A stretch of 59,795 nt of DNA, counting the filler, from Jimgerdemannia flammicorona (Eukaryota), in the NCBI GenBank assembly GCA_003990765.1. It is 3 parts of 3 records of this genome, joined end to end, with 100 filler letters (N's around TTAATTAATTAA, not from the genome) between each part and the next. Parts side by side here need not be neighbours in the genome. Positions count along the whole stretch, not along the records: positions 39,931 to 59,795 come from RBNJ01001824.1; 2 more parts are not named here. One strand, written 5' to 3'. Each line of letters begins with the position of its first letter. Positions within the stretch are counted from its first letter, which is position 1. The notes beneath the pieces were generated by a model. It saw only the letters and a list, made by a program, of their open reading frames with translations. It was not told the DNA's origin and ran no database searches. A program made the position numbers and the translations under genes. Positions 49,891 through 59,795 of the stretch are shown here, piece after piece.

Positions 49891-50843
49891 ATGTAAATTA
49901 TAAGAGAGAAATCTATTGATACAATAGGGCCATTTATCTCATATATTATATAGTTTATTGTCTAATTATTATTTGAATAATAACTAAATTATATATAAAA
50001 AAAAAAAAAAAAATTATCTAATTATTGCTGTGAATTAATTTCAAATATCTGAAAATGATACCACTGCAGGATAAAGTCTGGTCATTAGACTATTTCCTTC
50101 AGTATTCATAGAGAATAAGATTTTTTATATATTGATATAGATTAAAAATTAAGCTACTTAAGAGGCTTGTTTGGATTAGTTATATATATTTTTTTTATAG
50201 TCTCTTGGACATCTATATTTATTATCAAACCAATCTAAATCTATATAATATAAACATTCCAACCTATACTCAATCTCCTTGAGAGGTCTTCTTTATCTCC
50301 TTCTCTCTCTATCTCCTCATAATAGAATACTATCAGATTATTAAAAATTGCAACCCTCCTACTATTTTTCATATTGTACAAACAGAGAAGTGATTTATTC
50401 AAAATTCATATATTGTATATTTTATGTATTACTGATAAATAATATAATACTGATAGAATGGCATATAATATAAAGTCATATATCTATATATTAAGTTGCT
50501 ATCCCAAAACTCTCACTCAAGGAGATATATAGGTCAAAACAAAAAAAGAATATCAACTGTATCCAAAAAAAAAAGAATACAAACTAGTATAAAAAAAGCA
50601 ATACCATATATACAAAAAAAACTAGAACTATATATAAGATTTTTTGCAGATCAAAAAGTGTTTTATAATATCTATAATATCTAAAGAAATACGAAATATA
50701 TATGGATAATGCAAATAAAGTAGTAATGTGAATGTCAAATATATATGCAATATGAGAGGCTTTTAAAAGTCTGAAAAGTATCCCACTTTTCTTGTCATAT
50801 TTATCTAGACTAGTTAGTATTACAGGAGCCAAAAAAAGGTCAT

Positions 50844-52385
50844 TGTTATAGATGTTATTACTGCTGCTTAATCCAATGCCATTGATGTTATTGGGGTGTG
50901 CTATTACTAGATATAGATGTTATTTCTAATAAGAGAGCTATATTCATCTAAAACCTTTTCTACTCCTTGTTGTTGGAGAAATTCATAGCTTCATATGATA
51001 CTATTTGCAATGCTGTATTATACTGAAATCTATTAGCCAGATTTCTTCATTATTATTAGCTATATTGGTATATTTGCTAGATATTATTGACCATACCTAT
51101 ACTGCTGATGTTGTTGGTAGTATTTATACTTATTATCATTAATGGTAGTACCATCACTCATATAATTGACAATATTACTACTTTTTATCAGTATAAAGTA
51201 TTTTGCTAACTGGGATTTATAAGTATTAAGTTGACTGAATTTAGTAGTGGAACTACTCATATATGTAGATTTTATGCTAGCAGACCTGGTAGAACTCATA
51301 CTACTGATGTTGTTAATAGTATCCATATTACTGATATTGGTAGTATTTATGCTAGATATAGATGTCATTCCTGATTGACATAGTTATTATTATTGTCTAT
51401 GCTTTGGACCTGATTAGCATTTGTCTTATCTATGCTTTTGTTCATACTTTTGATCTTATTGTCTATACTGGTTTCATTTACAATATCCATACTTTTGACC
51501 TCATTGTCTATGCCTCATTTTAGGCTATATCATTGACCTTATTGATCTTTTTGGTCTTCTTGGCCTTTTCTATAACTTGTCAGTCTTGTTGCTGACCTCA
51601 TTTACTATATTGGACCTTGGGTTTGAGTTTGTCTCATTGACCTTATTGCTGGTCTCATATATACTGCTTTTGTCAATACTTTAGAACTTATTGGCATTTG
51701 CCTCATCTGTATCTTTTGATCTTGTTGTTTATACTTGCTGTATTTGCTACATCCATTTTTTTGATCTTTTTGTCCATACTGGCTTTATTTATCACATCTA
51801 TATGTTTGACCTTATTGTCTATACTGGCTTTATTTATCATATCTGTACTTTTAATCTTATTAGAATTTCTTATCTTGTTAGTTGTATCTCATTGCTAGCT
51901 GTATTACCGATCTTCTCAGTCTTATTAATCTCATCCATACTTTGGACCTTGGGTTTGGGTTTGCCCCATTGATCTCATTGCTGGTCATATCATTGATTTA
52001 ATTTGCAATATCTACCACATGAGCTATAGAAAGCTTTCTTATTATCATAATCACTAACTCTAATATCTGAGAGTGTATCTCTGCCACTAGAGAGGACTTT
52101 GTACCTCAACTACTTGGGAGGACTTCATAATTGCCTCAAACACCTGAGTGGTTACCTTAGTAATCACCTCTGTCACTAGGGAGGAATTTATTACTGTCAT
52201 TAGTAGACTTCTTCATCACACCTGAGCTAGTAATGACTATATTCATCTATGGATACTCATACTTAGTATACTCATATACTTTTGTAGCATAGTATATATA
52301 CTAGAGGAGTTTCTAACCATAACCAGTATCTGCTAACTAGACTATATAGCCACACAGTTACTAACAGAGCTCACAACCTGTTACA
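50844..52385 (-). repeat. LTR-like element with ~42-bp internal tandem repeats
   Basis: Minus-strand TGTAACA...ACA termini; TTTTGATCTTATTGTCTATACTGGC repeats at 51390-51880; no TSD found. Confidence 0.4.
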
Positions 52386-52395
52386 TATGATGATC

Positions 52396-53975
52396 AGAAG
52401 AAGCAATTTATTCAAAATACCTATGTTATATATTTTATATATAACTAATAAATAATATAATATTGATAGAATGGCATATGTTATAAAGTCATATATCTAT
52501 ATATTGAGTTGCTATTCCAATATTTCATATAAACTCTCTTTATTAGGCAATAATAGTAGCTCCTTAGGGACTCAATTCCTACTATCTATCAGATATGATA
52601 TCCAATATCAACTCCTCTCACTATACTATTCTCTTCAATTTCATCTATCTTCTATCCCCAAAAAAATATAGCCAATGTTCAGCCAACTATATACTAAAGC
52701 CCACTCAATAATGAGTTACTCATTATTAATATACTTCATTAACTACAGCTTCAAGTTCCCCCAATGACCACCCTCTCTATCTTCCTATCTTACTACTACC
52801 AAATAGTTACCAATTATTACTCAGAAATTTCGAAAGATATCACACTCATCCAGTCAATGTTCTGGTGTCTATATAAAATCTCCTATTGGCTCTATATTAT
52901 AACACTCTTCAAAGTCTAAGATCTCACCATTAACTAAATAGTCTGAGCAAAAGTTCAATATGATATTTCTCCTCAGTATATACCACTATATCACTGAGAA
53001 TTTTAGAGGAAGTTACTACTATACCTCAGTGCTCTATAATTAGACACCAGTCTAGTTCTACTCCTTATAAATAAAAACTAACTATTAGCTGACTGGTCAC
53101 AGATCCTGACTCATCTTCCATTGATATTTTACTAGTATCAATACTAAAGTCCACTAGAGAGAAGATATCCAACAGTAGACTATTCTATCTCTATATTGCT
53201 GGACTTTAGTATGTATATCTCTTCTTCAGTATCTCTTTAGTACAGACCAATATTATGAGTACTCTCTACCACTCTATTACCAGAACTACTTAAACTATAG
53301 ATATCTATTATTTTTTAGACCAACTTTCAATAGCAAATTATCAGAGGATTCTCTTGGAAAGAATTGTATCTTCCAGACTCTTTATATCAAAGGTACTCAT
53401 CTATCTCTATACAGCTCAATAGCCCTCTTCAACTCTAAATCCATAGGTAGTATAATCTCTTTAGAAAGTCTATTGGACTAATGCTTCTTCTGTCAACTAG
53501 AGTTATCAAGACCTTCTAACTAATCTGACTCCTCCTTTCAGTCCAAATTTTCTTAGCTATCTTTAATAACCTCTTTACTACTAATATTGAAAATTTCAGA
53601 TATATAATATACTAAGTACTAGAGCTTTAACAACTAATAGATATTTAGAATCAAAATTTATCTAGTAAGAGAAATATAGCACTCTCCCAAACTTTGAAAG
53701 ATATCTCCCCATTTTTCTATCTTTCAATTCTACTATTGAGTCATATATTGACAGAAAGATACTCAGATATCTTACAATCTCCCCTGTAGAGACAATAGTC
53801 TCAATAATACTTCTGCTGACCAAACTGTTCTCTAGCACTATTTTTTCACCCTTATACTAATTGAGCTTGATCTCAAAGTACGTCTTATACCAATTCACCA
53901 TCTCTTTCATATAACTATATCTGTAATAGAGCTAAGCCCAATTACTATATTTTCTGCAAATATAAGCACACAATC
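52396..53975 (-). mobile_element. LINE ORF2 3' part and probable 3' UTR
   Basis: Homologous to 54950-56140 (FAEN/FADD region at ~53950). The 52396-52520 block recurs at 50386-50505. Confidence 0.7.
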
Positions 53976-54889
53976 TCCAAACCACCTAAATTACATATTA
54001 TTCTCAGAACAAATTCAGAAATCACATGTAAGATTACAAAATGAGTTACTAAAGAGTTTATCTGATTACATGAAGTATATCAGCAATTATAAGAATTTAT
54101 TACTAAGATACAAGAATATCAGAAGAAGTACTATAACTATAAGGCTGATCTTGAACTACTACATATTAGACAATAAGTCTTAGTACAACATACTATCATA
54201 GATGAAAACTAGAGTATAAATACAAACTGAAATAGGAAGAACCTTATCTTATCTATCAAAAATTTATAAACCATACTTATCAACTCAAGACCATAGATAG
54301 AGTTATACTCAAAACTAAGATACACTACAACTATATAAGATCTTATTACTCAGCAGAAGCAAAATATATTTAAATGACTTCATTCACTCAATCTGTATCA
54401 CCTCTGTTAGAGAATGACAGATGTTTTATATAAAACTCAAGAAAATTAAAAATGTTGAAACTAATATCAAGCCTATCTACATGAGAGATATTACTATTAG
54501 AAATTGTCTTAGATTATAGAAAATATCATTTCTGAGAGGTTTTAACCCCAGCCACAACAATGAGAGCCCTTACTCTAGACAAAGATGGCCAGTTCTTACA
54601 AATATACCAATAGTCTAAAAAAAAGGAGAACCAAGACTAGCTATTCTTATATAATCATGTATATAATATATTGGGACAATGATCACTAGTATAAATACTA
54701 ATCTATATTCATACCTGATTACTCCAACTATAATAAAGAGAGCAGAGAACATAACTTATATCTTCAGACAACCCACCTTCTGAGTACAAATGAAATGAAC
54801 CACAGCTACTAGTACTACAACTCTGTAATAAAGTGTACTATAACCTACCTAAGATATACTTACAGCAAATTTGAGGAAAGCTAAGATAA

Positions 54890-57800
54890 TACATCCCTTA
54901 TCTACTCACTGACACCCTACTTAGTATATGAGACTCTATTCTTCAGATTCTCCCAATTACCATCTCTTCTTCTCATAATATTCAACATATTCCCAACTGC
55001 TAACTAAAAATTGCTAAGTATCTCACACCCACCTAGCCAATGTTCTGATATCTCTACAAACTCTCTTTTCTGTCCTATATTATAGTACTTCTTACAATCA
55101 AAGCTCCTCCAATCTACAAGATGACCTAAGTGAAAGTTGAGTATAATATTTCTCCACAGTATATACCACCAGACCACCCAGTACTTAGACAGTAACTATT
55201 GCCTCATTTCTACACTCTAGGCCCAGATTCCATTCTAGTTTCATTCTAACTATCAGGCCATATATCCTGTTCCAATCTCCTTTGAAACTCAACCCAATTG
55301 CTAATATTGAAGTCTAGAAGGAGGGTGCACCCCAATAATACTCTATCTCATCTCTATATCACTGGGCCCCAAGGTATCTCCCCTTCATCCCCCTATCAGC
55401 AAATTCCAATATGGTGAGCCCCATTAACTACTCTCAACCAGAAGTCCTTATACTATATATATTAACTATTTTGAAGCCCAACCAAGGAGATTAAATCTCT
55501 GGTAGAGCCTCTTGGTGAGCACCTCATCTTTCAGGCCTTCTTTATTAGAGGAACCCAGCTACCACCCCTTAATTTCACTACTCTCTTTAGCCACTATACT
55601 CTTAAACAATACAGCCTCTTCAGAAAGTCAATCAGTCTAGGGTCTTCTCTAGCCACTGGTAACAATAAGATTTCCCAGTTAATCTGATTTCTCTGCCCAG
55701 CCTAGATTTAATCTTTAGCCAACTTCAATAGTCTCTTTACTATCTACACTAAAAAGTCCAGATAATATACCAGGTATCATAACTTAGGCAGCCAGTAAAT
55801 ATTCAAAGTTATAATGTACCTCACTAAAGACATGTGATGGTCTTCCCAAATCTGCAAGATCTTGGCCCAGATAGCCATCTGCTGCTCCTACCAAGATCTC
55901 AATAAGACTGATCTATACACCAAAGATAGATGCCCAAGTATCTTACAGACTCTCTCACAGAGACAATTGTTCCAATAATATCCCCTTATTAGACTATTGC
56001 TTAATACCATTATTTCACACTTATGCTAGTTACGTTTAGCTTCAGAATGTATCTCATCTTACTCCAATGTTTTCTAGAGCTCCTCAACATCTGTAATCTA
56101 ACCCAGGCCAATTACTATATCATCTGCAAAGGCTCAAACTTTCCACACAATATCAAATACTGAGAGCCTCACTATCTTCTATCAGATCCTATCCATCAAT
56201 AGCTCCAAGGACAGAGTATATAAAATAGGAGACAGTGGGTCCCCCTGGAGAACACCTATACCCAGAGAGAATGCCACTCCTTTATATCTATTATATATGA
56301 GTACTACTCTATACTCTTTCAGCAGGCTGATCATTATCTCTCAGAACTACTGAGGGATACCAATCCTCTCTAGTACCTTCATCAGCCAGACCTGCCAAAT
56401 ATGGTTATATACTTTCTCCTAATCCAAGAAGACCAATCTTCCATCCAGTCCACAGGCTTGAGCCCCTTCAATAACACTATATACTCAGGCTGTTCCATCT
56501 CTAATTAGCTGGCCCCAACAAAACTATGCTGCTTCTCCTCCAAGACTTGCTGGGCTACCTTCTGCAGCCTTGCCACCACTACCTTAGTAACCAACTTCCT
56601 ATCTATGTCCAGTAGTATGATTGGCCACCAGTTCTTCCAGTCCTCCCTCCTGCTCTTGTCCTAAAAAAGCAGCACCACCAGTCCTAGATCCTGCTCACCC
56701 ACCCACCTCCTTAACTATAATACTAAGTCACAAAGTGCCATCAACTCTCCAAGCACTTCAGGGACTTCTACCATCTTGTATGAAAGTCCCAGGGCAGACC
56801 ATCCTCTCCCAGTACTGTATCTAGCATAGTTGTAGCAAGAACCTGGCAAATTTCCTCCTTCTATACTAGTACTACTAAGCTGCCTAGCCCATCTACTTGT
56901 GGTGAGTGCCATTCCTCCAAAGTATATTCTTTGGTAGCATCATCAGTCCCACCCTCCTCCTCATTCTACAAACTACTCTATCTCTCTTTCAGTAAGTCCA
57001 GAATGTCTTATAAACTATATACTAGCAAACCATCAGAATGAAGAACCCCCACCCATCTCCACCATACTCTCCTCACCCAAAGGGTCCTTGAAAGATACTT
57101 AGAGGACCACTCTCCCTCCCTACTAGCATAGTCTTATAGCCAAACTCCACGACTATATCTCCTCCTCCTCTTTCAATATCTGTTGTAACTCTGCAACCTT
57201 CAGCTTCATCTTTATCACCCTCCAGTTCTCTATCTTCTTCAGGGCCAAAAGCTTGCCCACTCTTCCAAAAGTCCAGCCAATCTAGCCAAAGCCCAGGTCA
57301 CTCTCCTCCTCCTCTGCCTTCCTGCTATCTTACTAACTGCATACCAGTAGACCTTAGCAGTCTTCTTCAATCTCATCTATTAAATACTAACTAGGATACT
57401 CTCCAGTATCCAACTCTCTAACCTCTGTTAAATATCATCTGCCCACTTATCCCACAATACCTTCTCAGCCAACAAGGAGGAATTGAGGCACCAATGTCCA
57501 GGCTCATCCCTACTCCCTCCAAAGTAATCCTACCCCAAACAGCCCCCAGTGATCAGACTATATACACCACTCAGCCTTCAGCAACTTCTAAATATCCAAA
57601 CTCCAGCAGTCTGCCATCAGTATCCAGTCAATTCTTATTCCCAGACTATTTCCCTAGTGTGTATAAACCCTTCTATCTCTCCAGAACCCCTTGTACATAT
57701 CCAACAGTAAGCTCAGTCTCTCTACTTCTTCCCATGACCCAAGACTCCTACTCCTATCATCAGCCACCCACCCTCTATCTGTCCCTTCTACCAGCATATC

Positions 57801-59722
57801 TCAGACCATATTATAGTCTCCTCTAATAATATCTATTCCTGTCTCTATAAGAGCTCTAATCTCTCAGAGTCTCTTCACCCAATCTACTCTCTCACCATAT
57901 ATAGCAGAACGGTAGCAGAACTCCACTGTAACTAACTCTCAATCTGGTCAAATCCATTCTCCCCAGACCAGCCTGTCTCCTCAGCTCCTTATATCTCATA
58001 TCTCCCCTCTATCTCTCTGGACCTGGATCCTAACCTTACTCTTTCAAACTACTACACCTCCTAATTCTATTGTCTATTACAGTCTTTTTAAGTTATCTTC
58101 ATATCAAATATCTTGCAAAAGAAAAATATTAGCCTCTAAGCTCTTTAACCAAGTAAAAATGTTCTAATATCAAACTGAACCCCACAACTCATTCATGTTC
58201 AAAGAAAAAATATTAGTTGCACTATTCATAAGAAGTAATAAGATTTATATATATTCTCTATAACTCCACATTCATCTTCTCCTGAGCCAAGTCCACTACA
58301 GCTACCTCCTTCTCTTTAACCCTCTTTATCTTCAATCCAACTAGAAGTTCAGCTAGTTTCCCATCCTCCTTTTCCTCAAAGTTCTCATGATATTCCAGAC
58401 AAGCCTTCTGCCAAGTTGTAGGCCATGACGCTCCACCCACTAGAGGGTAGCCTGCTCACTAGTAGCAACTGCCAGCTCTGTCTCCCTCACCTTATCAATC
58501 TCATATCCTTTCTTCTCTAAGAAAACTACAAGCATCTCTGCCTTCAGAGCCTCCACCACTCCATCACTATATAGAATCCATACCTAATAATTATTACTCA
58601 TCACCCTCAGGTCCACTTCTCCCAACTTTTCAGATACTAAGTTATTCATCATCCTGTATATCTATTGTAGTTTTTCCACCTCTTTTCTATCTGGAGTCAC
58701 TGGCCCCTCTTCTCCCAGCATTGAGATAACTACCCCAGCACTCACCATCTCATCCCACTTCTCCTCTGAGATATTCACCAGTTCATCCTTACCAACTATC
58801 ACCACCTATCTTTTTTTTACTACCTCAGGAACTCAAAGTACATTCACTAGGCACTATGCATTGGCACATCCTCTGCCACTCAGTCTCTTACAGAGACTCT
58901 ACCTAATAAGGGGATGAGAAGTGCCCTCCCAGACTTCAAATATACCATCCTCATATGGGTTCTTACTTCGTACCTTCCTGACCTCATCTGGACCCACCTC
59001 CACACTCCCTCCACTTACACTAGCCCAGATACTTGCTTTGGCTCCTTCAGTATCCTCAATACCACTAGCAATACTCTTCATCTTTTCCTCCAGGTTCACC
59101 AGTAGTTCCCTCTATCTCATACATCCTTGGGACCTCTCCCACAGCCTCTTATTATTGTGGACATACTTCCCATTGTTAATTTTCAAATACATCAACTTTA
59201 CATATATCTTTCAAGCCTTTGCTCTCTGCTCTACAGTATCACTCAGCTCCTTTAGTACCTCCAACAAATTCTCCTCCTCCTCTTTACTCTTCTTCACTCT
59301 CATTACTTTACACATGAAAGCCCTATATACTATGACTATCAGCCAATCATAAGTCTTTCTGGTAGCCTCTCTCCTAGCCAGCCAAATCTGGATATCAATA
59401 TCTCTAGTCCTGAAAGAGATTTCTTCCTAAACTCAAAACCTAACATTAACTACCTCTTTATACTCCACCATGACTAACTCTACTCTTCTCCTCATCTTCA
59501 TCACTATCACCATGAGTACTCCTTTTACCAAAAGTTGCACCGCTCTGGGGTCTCACCTCAAGCATCATGTCATTAGAACACATATCTCTCCAACAGTCAA
59601 CCCCCCCTTCATTGCAGATACTAATGGCCCTACCTCCCCAATGCCCACTTCCACTCCTTCTAAACCCCTCAGAAACTTCACTGATGCTACATCATCCATC
59701 TGCTTGGCATTTAGCCCCAGGA

Positions 59723-59724
<2 letters not shown>
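54890..59724 (-). mobile_element. LINE copy 4 (most of ORF1, APE, RT, C-terminal region)
   Basis: Minus strand NIFSLNMN (~58200), NWWPI, GVLQGDPLS (~56240), AFADD (~56125); ORF1 matches 13000-14900. Confidence 0.88.
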
Positions 59725-59774
<50 letters not shown>

Positions 59775-59795
59775 CTTTTTTTTTCTTTTTTTTTT

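Noticed and set aside
53976..54890. Gag-like insert between LINE fragments
   Set aside because: Too decayed; no diagnostic motif or termini recovered.

Overview
Eukaryotic DNA, most likely from an early-diverging fungus (Mucoromycota/Endogonales-like; this is an inference). The window is three separate 19,865-bp contigs joined by artificial 100-bp N44-TTAATTAATTAA-N44 spacers. Contig 1 (1-19865) is nested, C>T/G>A-hypermutated transposon DNA. It holds a dUTPase-carrying Ty3/Gypsy element whose RT-RH, integrase and extra 3' ORF are linked by ATGA overlaps, plus L1/Tx1-like LINEs, a hAT-type fold-back MITE, a chromovirus and a polyA/TSD retro-insertion. Contig 2 (19966-39830) is a compact, CpG-rich, intron-containing gene island: MSS51, CWC22, DPH7, GNL1, RRP3, an LRWD1/EED-family WD40 gene and a BRF2/PTF2-like TFIIB-family gene with a recent 153-bp tandem expansion. 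Contig 3 (39931-59795) has about 3.5 kb of unassigned CpG-rich sequence followed by decayed TEs from the same LINE and MITE families. All calls come from manual translation and recalled motifs, with no searches run; boundaries of decayed elements are approximate.
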